From the NCBI GenBank assembly GCA_963702025.1, contig OY969699.1:64001-128000 (forward strand): DNA of 64,000 bases, in the 5' to 3' direction. The stretch is from an uncultured bacterium (GTDB taxonomy: Bacteria > Babelota > Babeliae > Babelales > Vermiphilaceae). The notes beneath the pieces are model-generated. The model was not told where the DNA came from. It made no database searches and was given only the letters and a program-made list of their open reading frames with translations. How positions within the stretch are numbered: the first letter of the stretch is position 1; every line of letters starts with the position of its first letter. Below are positions 1 to 9,510 of this stretch, one piece after another. Made by a program: the position numbers and the translations under genes.

Positions 1-788
1 TCTGTAGGGAATGTTGATCCTAAGAGCATCACCAGTTCACCGCCATAAGACACTCCCCATAATGCAACACAATTTGGATCTACTTGTGGTTGTTTTTTTA
101 ACCAATGGATTGCATTTTGAAAGTATTCTAATGGAATCTCTTCTAACTTATCTGGCAATCCTGGCATCCCAAAATATCCTAAGGCCAATACTGCATAGCC
201 ATGTGAAGCCAATAGCTGTGAAATGGTTTTAGAAATCCCGCCACTTGATCCTGTTAGAGTAATAATAGCTGGCCCTGATTTCATATTGTGAGGATAAAAA
301 AATGTTCCAACTACTCCATCCCGGCTAATGTCTTTTTGTTCAATATCAGATGATATTGATGTGCGAGTAATCTTTTTTTGAGCAAGAAGTTTGTCTTGAG
401 AAAAAACAGATATTGCTATTTCATCTGGTCTGACAGAAGGCACTGAAGCATTCTCAGCAGGTAACATTGACCAAAATAATCCCATACCATCAACGCCATG
501 GTATGATCCAGAAATAGGAGCTTGGCAAGCAACATCTATTTTACCTTGGTTATCGGCTTTGAAAACAGCACTTGATTCCCAAACAGAGTTATCTTTAAAC
601 TGCTGCGAAGTCTTAATCGCAACCTGTTCATGAGGTTTTAGATTTGAAACAGATATTTTAATTGGCATATCTAATAATGCATTTTCAGGCGTTATTTCAA
701 GCCTTGGCTTACCGTGTAATGAGAAAAATAATGCGCCCGTAAAAACTACGAGGGTGATCATAGAAAATATTATAAAAAACTTCTTCAA
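1..788 (-). CDS. Acyl-CoA thioesterase/BAAT-family alpha/beta hydrolase (3' end runs off window)
   Basis: Own translation from TTG at 788 (AGAGGA RBS): N-terminal hydrophobic segment, BAAT N-domain motif GSYHGVDGMGLFWSM, LLASHGYAVLAL and nucleophile elbow GVSYGG. Confidence 0.8.
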   Translation of the reverse strand, partial: MKKFFIIFSMITLVVFTGALFFSLHGKPRLEITPENALLDMPIKISVSNLKPHEQVAIKTSQQFKDNSVWESSAVFKADNQGKIDVACQAPISGSYHGVDGMGLFWSMLPAENASVPSVRPDEIAISVFSQDKLLAQKKITRTSISSDIEQKDISRDGVVGTFFYPHNMKSGPAIITLTGSSGGISKTISQLLASHGYAVLALGYFGMPGLPDKLEEIPLEYFQNAIHWLKKQPQVDPNCVALWGVSYGGELVMLLGSTFPT

Positions 789-818
789 ATTTTATCCTCT
801 AAAAAATTAAAAAAAATA

Positions 819-1832
819 TTACGATGCTTTTCTAACTTCATTCACCATACTCTGTATCGCATCAACAATAATTTTTGGTTGATGTTGTGGAATCATATGC
901 CCACTATCTTCAGCAATAATATGATGTGATTTAGTAGATTTAGAAGCCAAATCTTTTTGCAATTCACGCCAAGCAGATGTCATTTTATCAGTATCTTCTT
1001 GTGATAATCCAACTTCTTGGGGAGTTGGTGCTTTGCCAGCCGAAATAACTATTAACGGCTTATTCCTAATTTTATTTTCTGCTTGTTTTAATTGATTAAG
1101 GCTTTCTTCCAGATTTTCCGATTCTTCAAGCATAGTCTTTAAATGTTTTGTTTGTTGTTTTTGAGACAAATATAAAGATCGAATATTTTCTGGGAATATT
1201 TCAACCTGTTTTTTAGCTTGCGGCAATGAGTGCAATAAGCGAACAACACCAAGTCGAGAAAGCGTTAATAGAAGTGCTTTTTGTTTTAACAATGCTGCTT
1301 GCTTATTGTTTGCATCTTGCGGCAATCGCTGCAATTGATCCTCATGAGCCGAATCAACCAGCACAATGCCCGCCACTTCATCGGGATATTTACTTGCATA
1401 GAGTTGTGAATTAAGGCCTCCGAATGAATGGCCAACTAAAATATAAGGACCAGAAATGTTGCTTTTTTTCAGAAGTGTTCGCATCTCTTCTACGATAACC
1501 TCGCTGGTTCTTGGTTTAGAACTTGTTTCGCTCCACGCAGAGCCCGCTCTATCTATGCTGCAAACTCTCGAGAACTTTGCAATTTCTGGTTGCACCAAAG
1601 CCCAATCGAGTGAATTGCATCCGATTCCAGCATCGAGAATTACCGTAGGTCCACCGGTTCCCGTATCATTGATATGAAGTTTGTATCCCCCAACATCAAT
1701 CATTTTCCCAACCGGAGGGTATTGATAATTTTCATATTGAGTGCGAACATATTGGTATAAGGCTCCGGTTGCGGGTATAGCGCCCAGCAAAGCACAAGCA
1801 ATTTTAAGTGTTAATAACATCAGTTGCCCCAA
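819..1832 (-). CDS. Alpha/beta fold hydrolase
   Basis: GHSFGG nucleophile motif, LVDS, C-terminal SGHMI catalytic His, N-terminal hydrophobic anchor. Confidence 0.9.
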   Translation of the reverse strand: MGQLMLLTLKIACALLGAIPATGALYQYVRTQYENYQYPPVGKMIDVGGYKLHINDTGTGGPTVILDAGIGCNSLDWALVQPEIAKFSRVCSIDRAGSAWSETSSKPRTSEVIVEEMRTLLKKSNISGPYILVGHSFGGLNSQLYASKYPDEVAGIVLVDSAHEDQLQRLPQDANNKQAALLKQKALLLTLSRLGVVRLLHSLPQAKKQVEIFPENIRSLYLSQKQQTKHLKTMLEESENLEESLNQLKQAENKIRNKPLIVISAGKAPTPQEVGLSQEDTDKMTSAWRELQKDLASKSTKSHHIIAEDSGHMIPQHQPKIIVDAIQSMVNEVRKAS

Positions 1833-1834
1833 AA

Positions 1835-2383
1835 TTATGGCAATTCATCTTTTTTAACTTTTTCAATGAGCGCTTCAATGAAATCCAACTCGGTTTGGTA
1901 ATGGGCAATGATCAGTTTATGATTTTCATCGATATGCTTAGGCAATTCTATATTTTTCATAGCAAGCGGTAATACTTGATCAGCCGATTTTATAACGAAA
2001 CGCCAGGAATCTGCCCTATGCTGTAAAGCATTGAGCAAATCATCTTTTTTTAGATAATTCATGAATGTAAGCGCTACTTGAAAAGGATCAATCGATGGTT
2101 TTAATTCCAGCCATTGCTTGGTAAGCATAACAAGAAAAGCAGAACTGCCAGCTTTGGTAATTTTATAAATAGTTTTATCTGCTTGATCATCTTTGTTGCG
2201 ATTATCAACAACCTCCAAAAAACCTTCTTCAGCCATTTTTTTTAGGGCAAAATAGATTGATCCATAACTTATATTTGACCATTTATCGGCATTCCATGAT
2301 TCAAGGACCTGCCGCACCTCATAGCCATGCCGTGGTTTCTGGTCATTTAAAATACCTAAAAGTAGGATTCTGATTGCTGACAT
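1835..2383 (-). CDS. PadR-family transcriptional regulator
   Basis: PRHGYEV...GSIYFALKKM...YKITKAG winged-helix signature. Confidence 0.9.
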   Translation of the reverse strand: MSAIRILLLGILNDQKPRHGYEVRQVLESWNADKWSNISYGSIYFALKKMAEEGFLEVVDNRNKDDQADKTIYKITKAGSSAFLVMLTKQWLELKPSIDPFQVALTFMNYLKKDDLLNALQHRADSWRFVIKSADQVLPLAMKNIELPKHIDENHKLIIAHYQTELDFIEALIEKVKKDELP

Positions 2384-2486
2384 TTGGTTAAACCTGCTAT
2401 TAACTTATATTCTATTTAGTATATTATATAGACTATATCAAAAAAGCGTTATTTCAAGACTTTTTAATGAATGTTATAGTATAGAT

Positions 2487-3569
2487 ATGATTATCAAACT
2501 GCTTCTTGGGATTTTGGGCATATATATGGGAAATGGGATTTCTATGGAAAATCAGATAAAACAAATAGAGCGCTATCTCTTATCATCGGTAGAGCAGGGC
2601 CATTTTACCGGTACTGTACTGATAGCCCATCATGGGGAAATCATATTCAACTATGGATATGGGATGGCAACACCTCAGAAGCCCAATGATCAAGATACCG
2701 TTTTTCATATAGCCTCTATAACAAAACAGTTTACGGCTGCAGCTCTTCTTAAACTCTGGCAGGCAGGAAAAGTAGATTTACATATCTCAATTAATGAATA
2801 TCTGCCTAAAGAATATCAGTCAGAGTATTGGAAAAAAGTGACACTGCATCATCTGCTTTCTCATACTTCAGGAATACCTGATTACAATGAAAAATATTAT
2901 GATCCCAAAACGATTGGCTTTGTGTCCTGTGAAATCGAAGCAAAAATGATACAAGAAACGGGACAAAAACAGTTAGAGTTCGAGCCGGGATCAAAATGGG
3001 CATACTGCAATATGGGCTATACTTTGCTTGGCATTATTCTTAAACAGCAAACCGGCAAGCAATATACAGATCTTATTAACGAATATTTTATCAAGCCATT
3101 AAACATGACTTCTACTCGATTTCATGAAGATAATTATACTGTTCACGAAAAAGATGCACTTGGATTTCGATGGGATTTTCAGAACAAAAAATGGGTAGAT
3201 GACGATAGTGAAAAAATTGTGGGAACCATACCCGATGGGGGCATACTTTCAACAGCACACGATTTGTATAAATGGAGTGCTGTTATCGAAGGCAAAAGAC
3301 CCGATATCCTCAGCACAGAAATACTTAAACTTATGACAACACCAGTACCAAATATGAGCACGCCATATGGAGGATATGGATATGGATTGGGAATCGATGA
3401 GTCTTTTGGAACTCGAAAAATTCATCATTCAGGATGGATGATTGGATTTATGTCTGATTTGTGGATGTTTCCAGAAAAGGATCTTGTTATCATTGTTTTG
3501 TGTAATAACACAACAGTAAATAGTGAAAAAATTGCAGAAGAATTAGCAAAAATTATACTCAGCTCATAA
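2487..3569 (+). CDS. Serine hydrolase, beta-lactamase class C/AmpC-like family
   Basis: FHIASITK (SxxK), LLSHTSG, YCN (YxN), HSG motifs. Confidence 0.9.
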   Translation: MIIKLLLGILGIYMGNGISMENQIKQIERYLLSSVEQGHFTGTVLIAHHGEIIFNYGYGMATPQKPNDQDTVFHIASITKQFTAAALLKLWQAGKVDLHISINEYLPKEYQSEYWKKVTLHHLLSHTSGIPDYNEKYYDPKTIGFVSCEIEAKMIQETGQKQLEFEPGSKWAYCNMGYTLLGIILKQQTGKQYTDLINEYFIKPLNMTSTRFHEDNYTVHEKDALGFRWDFQNKKWVDDDSEKIVGTIPDGGILSTAHDLYKWSAVIEGKRPDILSTEILKLMTTPVPNMSTPYGGYGYGLGIDESFGTRKIHHSGWMIGFMSDLWMFPEKDLVIIVLCNNTTVNSEKIAEELAKIILSS

Positions 3570-3597
3570 AACTTATAAAAAAATAAAATTTATAATA

Positions 3598-4503
3598 GTG
3601 ATCATGAAAAAAATAGGCCTAATAACCAGTATATTTTTTGCTTACGGACTGCATGCAAACATTTTGCTTGAAAAGCCGAGAGAATTATCTGCAGAACAAA
3701 TAGAAGAGTTGGCTAGCCAATGGCATACCACTTTTACTTGGAATTGGTCATATAAAGGGTTGGCAAAGTTGGCATGTTCATTTGTTTACGAAAATAGTAA
3801 AGCTGGGTTCGCACTAAAATACTTTGGAATCCCATTATATAGTAAAAACTATAGGTTTATTCCCACCATGCAAGAATTGCAGCACTATTTTCAGCCATCA
3901 AATTATTATTTTGACAAGGCACTTGTATACTACAACAGTAATCCTCAGCAGATAAACAAAGAAGCATTATTTACTTTAATTACCAATAAACGATGTATTT
4001 TTTATACCGGGGCCGGTATATCTGCAATGAATGGTATTGCAACAATGGGTTCACTTGAAGAATCGCTTGCTATGGATAAAGGAATAGCACAGTTCTTAAA
4101 AGATGCATGGTCTCATCCTGATAGATTATGTAATGCATTTGCTGATTTCTGCCACAAGGCTATATATAGTAGCCCGACACTGGCCCATTATACTCTGAAA
4201 CGAATAGCACAAGAAAAAGAAGTAGCTATCATTACTGAAAACGTTGATCTTTTACAACATCGTACTGGTATTGAACCGATCTTTTCCGCCTCAGACAAAA
4301 TAGCATTGTTATCACCAAAAGATTGGCAAAAAGTTGATGCAATTATCTGTATTGGTCTAAGTCACGATGATAGAGGTCTTTTAGCAAAATATAGGGATTC
4401 CAATCCTAATGGAATTTTGATCGCTATTGATTTGAAAATACCTACCTATCTTGCTGATTGTGATTATATATGTCTTGGCAATCTACAAGAAATTTTATCT
4501 TGA
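3598..4503 (+). CDS. Signal-peptide protein with a truncated Sir2/sirtuin-like domain
   Basis: YTGAGISA, ITENVDLL and CIGLS NAD-binding-like motifs; hydrophobic N-terminus. Confidence 0.65.
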   Translation: MIMKKIGLITSIFFAYGLHANILLEKPRELSAEQIEELASQWHTTFTWNWSYKGLAKLACSFVYENSKAGFALKYFGIPLYSKNYRFIPTMQELQHYFQPSNYYFDKALVYYNSNPQQINKEALFTLITNKRCIFYTGAGISAMNGIATMGSLEESLAMDKGIAQFLKDAWSHPDRLCNAFADFCHKAIYSSPTLAHYTLKRIAQEKEVAIITENVDLLQHRTGIEPIFSASDKIALLSPKDWQKVDAIICIGLSHDDRGLLAKYRDSNPNGILIAIDLKIPTYLADCDYICLGNLQEILS

Positions 4504-4533
4504 GTCTTGTTATTTTATTATAAATTTTAAAAA

Positions 4534-4776
4534 TTGATTTTTATGAATATGTATAAAAAATATAGCCCACCTTCTTGGTTTAAATGGATAATGTTTCTTA
4601 CGGTTAATCTTGGCTATTTATTGGGATTCGTACTAATACGAATGTTTTTTGATTATTCTGCTTCATATATTTCATTTGCCGCAGCAATCATTGGTTATTG
4701 GATATCATTTTTCTTGTATCCCTTATTTAGCAAGTGGAACAATAACCGTTTTAACAAAGGAAATCTTATCAAATGA
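4534..4776 (+). CDS. Small membrane protein
   Basis: Two hydrophobic helices; stop overlaps next start. Confidence 0.55.
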   Translation: MIFMNMYKKYSPPSWFKWIMFLTVNLGYLLGFVLIRMFFDYSASYISFAAAIIGYWISFFLYPLFSKWNNNRFNKGNLIK

Positions 4777-5513
4777 ACAGGGGATATTTTTTAGCACTTT
4801 GGATTGCTTGTATTATAAGCACCTTTGCCGTGATGCCATTCATTCAAACAGTTGCGCTATTTGCCGGTGCTCAACCAATTGCATTTACTCCGTTAGTTTT
4901 GGCCGTCATGATGGCAGAAAACATCATACTTTATAGCATCGCATTATTTTTTGGTTTAAGATTTGCAGAAAAAATAGGGATTCGCTTTTTATTTCTCGAT
5001 AAAAACACCAATTATCTTAATGATCTTATTAAACCAGGACTTTTCGCAGGAATTGGATGCGCATTAGCAATGCTCGTGGTTGATAAGTTACTGCCAGTAT
5101 CATCTCACGGCATTAATGCCTTAGCAAAATTCACCCCTCCTCTTTACGGTTTATTAGCAGCTCTTTTTGGCGTAATAAATCAAGAAGTGCTCTTATGCCT
5201 TTTAGGAATTTCAGGAATTGCCTTACTTCTAAAGAAATTACTCAAGAACTTAAGTATATCTCGAATTATGGCCATAAGCATTTTCATTGCCTCACTACTT
5301 TTTGGCCTAGCCCATATTCCCACTTTTATTCATGCAATTTCATTTTTAGGATCATCAGTAATTATCCGAATAATAATCCTCAATCTTATCAGTGGAACAA
5401 CATTTGGTTTGCTATTTTGGAAAAAAGGATTTGAAACAGCAGTATTTGCTCATTTTATCGTAGATTTTATTATATATTTCTTAGTGCCTTCATATAATTT
5501 GTTAATAAAATGA
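4773..5513 (+). CDS. CPBP/CAAX-family intramembrane protease-like protein
   Basis: Multi-TM; NQEVL (EExxxR variant), FGLAH, AHFIVD motifs. Confidence 0.8.
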   Translation: MNRGYFLALWIACIISTFAVMPFIQTVALFAGAQPIAFTPLVLAVMMAENIILYSIALFFGLRFAEKIGIRFLFLDKNTNYLNDLIKPGLFAGIGCALAMLVVDKLLPVSSHGINALAKFTPPLYGLLAALFGVINQEVLLCLLGISGIALLLKKLLKNLSISRIMAISIFIASLLFGLAHIPTFIHAISFLGSSVIIRIIILNLISGTTFGLLFWKKGFETAVFAHFIVDFIIYFLVPSYNLLIK

Positions 5514-6034
5514 AACATATAAAAAGAATCGCCATCATTGGCAATGCCGGTTCAGGCAAATCAACTTTGTCACAAAAGTTGCATACCATTTTCAAGTTTC
5601 CTATTTACTATCTGGACCAATATTTCTGGAAGCCTGGCTGGGTGAGAACTGAGCCGGATGAATATAAAAGAATGCATGATGCCATATGCGATAAAGAAGA
5701 ATGGATTATTGATGGCATAAATCTGAGAGTAATGGAATATCGCATAAAAAGAGCCGATATGGTTATCTTTTTAGATTTGCCGAGTTATCTATGCCTTTGG
5801 CGTATTTTTAAGCGTACTTTAAAAAATTATGACAAAGAAACGCCCAGTAGTGCAAAGGGTTGCCCCGAAAGATTTAACTGGGCATTTTTGAAATTCTTGA
5901 AATGGGTGTGGGATTTTAAAAAGAAGTACCCAGCTGCAATTAGAGAAATTTTAAAACGGTATCCAGAAAAGAGATTTTATATTTTTAGGTCACAAAATGA
6001 TGTTGACGCGTTCCTTCAGCAGTTAAAAAACTAA
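5510..6034 (+). CDS. Topology modulation protein (FlaR-like P-loop kinase)
   Basis: GNAGSGKST, WKPGW, WIIDG, GCPERF motifs. Confidence 0.85.
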   Translation: MKHIKRIAIIGNAGSGKSTLSQKLHTIFKFPIYYLDQYFWKPGWVRTEPDEYKRMHDAICDKEEWIIDGINLRVMEYRIKRADMVIFLDLPSYLCLWRIFKRTLKNYDKETPSSAKGCPERFNWAFLKFLKWVWDFKKKYPAAIREILKRYPEKRFYIFRSQNDVDAFLQQLKN

Positions 6035-6110
6035 TCTTGCTGCATTTTCTGTGCTATTCTTAAATATGTCAAAAAAAATTAATTCTTAATCAGCAAATTA
6101 GAGTAACAAC

Positions 6111-7580
6111 ATGGAAAAAGCAGTCATCTATGCCCGAGTATCATCCAAAGACCAAGAAGCAGAAGGTTTCTCGATCCCCGCTCAAATAAAAGCACTTCAA
6201 GAATATGCGGCAAAGAATCATCTTATTGTCATCCAAGAGTTTACCGATGTGGAGACTGCAAAAAAGGCAGGCCGCACACAATTTAATAAGATGCTAACAT
6301 TCATTAATGAAAATAAGCATATCAAACACATTTTAGTTGAAAAAACTGATCGCTTACTCAGAAATATACCCGATTATGCCCTTATTGATCGCTTAATACT
6401 CTATTCTGATATTAAAATTCACTTGATTAAAGAAGGCAATATCCTCAGTAAAGATTCCAAATCAAACGATAAGTTTATATTTGGCATAAAAGCACTGATG
6501 GCTAAAAACTTTGTGGATAATCTTTCTGAAGAGGTTAGAAAAGGGATGGCAGAAAAAACTGCCCAGGGTATTTATCCATCAACTGCGCCCTACGGATATG
6601 TAAATGTCCGTGAAAATGGTAAAAGCATAATCAAAGTTGATCCTCTGGCGGCTGCCTATGTGAAACAAATGTTTGAACACTATGCAACCGGCGGTTATTC
6701 ACTAAAAACCTTAAGAAAAAAAATGCTTGATGATGGGATGGTTTATCGCAATGGCAAAAATTTTTATAAAAGCAAGGTAGAAGGTATTCTGAAAAATGAA
6801 TTCTACACCGGCATTTTTATCTATCGCGGCAAGCGATATGATAATGCAACCCATGAGCCAATCATCAGCAAAGAATTATTTCAACGTGTACAGGATGTGA
6901 TGACCAATCCCTATAAAAGTAAATCTAGAAAAGGGCTTTTTCCTTATACCAATCTCATTGCCTGCGGCATGTGTGGTTGCGCATTAACTGCCGAAATTAA
7001 AAAAGAAAAGTACATTTACTATCATTGTTCTGGCTACAAGGGCAACTGCAAACAAGGCACTATACGTCAAGAAGCTATCGAAGCCCGATTTGAATCGATG
7101 CTTGAAGACATGTATATCCCCGATGATATTCAAGAAAGTATTCTGCAGGGGCTACGTAGCAGTTTTAAGGATAAGATTGAGTATCGCGCCAGTCTTGTGG
7201 ATCAACTGCAAAAACAGATCAAGCTTTTACAAAGTAGGATAGATAAGACTTACATCGATAAGATTGACGGAAAAATTTCTGAAGAATACTGGGCCACTCA
7301 CACCCAAGATTGGGCGAATGAAAAAGATATCTTAATGATAAAGCTTGTGGCAGTAGAAAAAGCAGATTCTCATTATTTGGAAAACGCGAATATTATTTTA
7401 GAACTCGCCAAAAAGGCCTCCCAGCTGTTTAAACAGCAAAATGCGGAGCAAAAACGTAGATTGATCAATTTGTTAGTACAGAACTGCTCTTATAAAGATA
7501 AGAACCTTGATGTAGAGCTGAAACCAGTGTTTGGCGAGATCATGAAATCATCAAAAACTAGAAATTGGTGTGCCCGATAG
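6111..7580 (+). CDS. Large serine recombinase (integrase)
   Basis: YARVSS catalytic Ser, DRLLR, APYGY, HEPIIS, CGMCG...YYHC zinc ribbon, C-terminal coiled coil. Confidence 0.95.
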   Translation: MEKAVIYARVSSKDQEAEGFSIPAQIKALQEYAAKNHLIVIQEFTDVETAKKAGRTQFNKMLTFINENKHIKHILVEKTDRLLRNIPDYALIDRLILYSDIKIHLIKEGNILSKDSKSNDKFIFGIKALMAKNFVDNLSEEVRKGMAEKTAQGIYPSTAPYGYVNVRENGKSIIKVDPLAAAYVKQMFEHYATGGYSLKTLRKKMLDDGMVYRNGKNFYKSKVEGILKNEFYTGIFIYRGKRYDNATHEPIISKELFQRVQDVMTNPYKSKSRKGLFPYTNLIACGMCGCALTAEIKKEKYIYYHCSGYKGNCKQGTIRQEAIEARFESMLEDMYIPDDIQESILQGLRSSFKDKIEYRASLVDQLQKQIKLLQSRIDKTYIDKIDGKISEEYWATHTQDWANEKDILMIKLVAVEKADSHYLENANIILELAKKASQLFKQQNAEQKRRLINLLVQNCSYKDKNLDVELKPVFGEIMKSSKTRNWCAR

Positions 7581-7642
7581 GATTCGAACCTATGACCTAC
7601 GGATTAGAAATCCGTTGCTCTATCCAGCTGAGCTACGGGCAC
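7566..7642 (-). tRNA. tRNA-Arg(UCU)
   Basis: Reverse complement GTGCCCG...ACGGA-TT-TCT-AA-TCCGT...GGTTCGAATCC...CGGGCAC-ACCA, 77 nt, CCA encoded. Confidence 0.97.
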
Positions 7643-7675
7643 AAATAAACAATTTCAAAGTACCTCGACATTATT

Positions 7676-7733
7676 GCCCGTGGCTCTGAGCGGAGTTTAT
7701 CCTGAGCGAGCATGGCGAGTCGAAGGGGGCACA
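7676..7733. repeat. REP-like element
   Basis: tcctgagcg...gtcgaagg arm resembles the element at 21561-21638. Confidence 0.5.
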
Positions 7734-7943
7734 AAAAGATAAACTTAAGTATACGCTACTCAGAAAATATCTCAACTTACTGCATAGAAAATCGAAGACA
7801 AAAATTACCTCCGGATATGCGTACGCCCTTATTCCAAATGGCAAATACATACTGCAGATTTAGGATTTTTCGACATTTTTTAATAAAATATTATAATTAA
7901 TACTGGTTATACTTCAAAAAAAATCCCGCCTGGAGGAATTTCT

Positions 7944-8363
7944 ATGAACAGTTCAAAAACAGTTCTTTTAAGTTTAATGTTATTACCATTATTTAGTTTG
8001 GATGCCGCAGTGAGTGTGAAATATCCAAAAGATCTTTTGGATCACACGGTATCTAATGGTAAAACCATCTATGTAAGGCAAGGCGATGAGTTTAAGTTTG
8101 AAATTGAAGTTGGGCCGCACGATTCCTTCTTTCAAATTTTTCCGCATTATGGTTCAGCATATGCTTCAAAATTTGGGCCGAAGTATAATAAACAAATGCT
8201 TGATCTGGTAAAAAGTGAATGGAAAGTGAGAACAGATAAACCGAGCAATGGCCATTTAACGGTAACTTTTGGCGCACTGGAAAATCTTGGCAGCACAAAA
8301 TTATCTCTTTTGCCCGATGATTCTGTCTGGGTTAACGTTGTGATATACAGTCGTTGGCCATAA
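7944..8363 (+). CDS. Secreted small beta-sandwich protein (chagasin/I42-like pattern)
   Basis: GGAGG RBS, signal peptide, KTIYVRQGDEFKF...LTVTFGA pattern. Confidence 0.5.
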   Translation: MNSSKTVLLSLMLLPLFSLDAAVSVKYPKDLLDHTVSNGKTIYVRQGDEFKFEIEVGPHDSFFQIFPHYGSAYASKFGPKYNKQMLDLVKSEWKVRTDKPSNGHLTVTFGALENLGSTKLSLLPDDSVWVNVVIYSRWP

Positions 8364-8490
8364 TAGCTTTGCATTTGCATATCATTTTATCATTCAATTT
8401 AGATAGTAGGCCGCGTTCTAAGAGATTGGCTTGTATCCATTGTCTACGGTAAAAAAATGCTTGGGCAAGAAGGCGGCTATCATTTCTGGC

Positions 8491-9321
8491 TTAATGAGCG
8501 CCGTTAAAAATGGCAACATTCAGATTATAATCATATATGTCACTCGCAGGATTGCCTATCAGAAAATTGAGATTTTCACTATCTGAATTATGTAAAACAT
8601 AGATAAATAGATTTTTATCTGCCACACTCAATGAAGAAATTTTTTGAGTAACAAACTCATAATTCCGCTGTTCTTCCAGCTTCGTTTTCTCTTGTTTTAT
8701 ACGTGCAGACAAGTGATCAAATTCACGTTGTTGCTCACCGGTAAAATACGCTGGGTGCCGTTGGGCCATTTTTTTATAGCTCTCTGATTCAATAGGATGC
8801 ACACCAACCCATTGGATATCAACCATTATATGGAGATCACAAGATACTGCTTTTACATCAAGTCCGTAGCCATTGCCACTAATAATAAATATCTCTTGTC
8901 CATTCTCATCGAAAATTCTGCCTAAAGATCTAAAGTGAAATGGTTGACGATCTTTAGTAATCTGAGCAAAGCATTCGGTGGCCCATTTTTTCCATAAAAA
9001 GCCATAATCATATACGAATCTAAAATCTTTATCTGATTTTTTAGCTTCTTGTTCAATACGTTTAAGCAATTCTTGTACTAATTTCTGCTCTTGCCCCGCT
9101 AACTGGCTATCATTATTACAATAGACCTTAGATAATAATTTATAGGCAAGAATAGCACCTGCCCCCAATCCCAAACCAATTGCCAGATTCTTTTTGGTCA
9201 AAAAAGGATAACCTAAAAATTGCCCTTTACAATCAAGAATGGCTAAAGACTCCATAGAATAGCCCATGGATGCAATCATAAGGGTACTGAAAATAACTGA
9301 TTTGATTGCTCTATTTTTCAT
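8491..9321 (-). CDS. Hypothetical exported protein, possibly C-terminally truncated
   Basis: GGAG RBS before MKNRAIKS at 9321; signal peptide then MES; frame stays open after the TAA. Confidence 0.6.
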   Translation of the reverse strand: MKNRAIKSVIFSTLMIASMGYSMESLAILDCKGQFLGYPFLTKKNLAIGLGLGAGAILAYKLLSKVYCNNDSQLAGQEQKLVQELLKRIEQEAKKSDKDFRFVYDYGFLWKKWATECFAQITKDRQPFHFRSLGRIFDENGQEIFIISGNGYGLDVKAVSCDLHIMVDIQWVGVHPIESESYKKMAQRHPAYFTGEQQREFDHLSARIKQEKTKLEEQRNYEFVTQKISSLSVADKNLFIYVLHNSDSENLNFLIGNPASDIYDYNLNVAIFNGAH

Positions 9322-9433
9322 AGATTCTCCATATAAATATTTTAGCATTCTTAAAACAGAACATATCTTTAATGTTACCAATAAATGTCCTCTAGCACAA
9401 CCACATTTTTATTGCCAACCTGTAAATAATTTC

Positions 9434-9461
9434 TTGACAAGGCTATAAAATAGGGTATTCT
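9434..9461 (+). promoter_or_regulatory. Sigma70-type promoter for the RBR ligase pair
   Basis: TTGACA-N16-TATTCT; GGAGGT RBS at 9500-9505. Confidence 0.55.
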
Positions 9462-9510
9462 AAGAGTTAGAATAGTAGTATTAAGTAGTATATATGTATG
9501 GAGGTTTATT

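Larger units (their letters stand above)
1..7580. mobile_element. Right end of a genomic island integrated at the 3' end of tRNA-Arg(UCU)
   Basis: Large serine recombinase overlaps the tRNA 3' end, preceded by accessory cargo; left boundary lies outside the window. Confidence 0.7.

Noticed and set aside
8491..8493. Stop-codon reassignment suggested by the open frame after TAA
   Set aside because: TAA, TAG and TGA all end core genes at expected lengths (leuS/rpsA TAA, atpA TAG, ndk/uvrB TGA).
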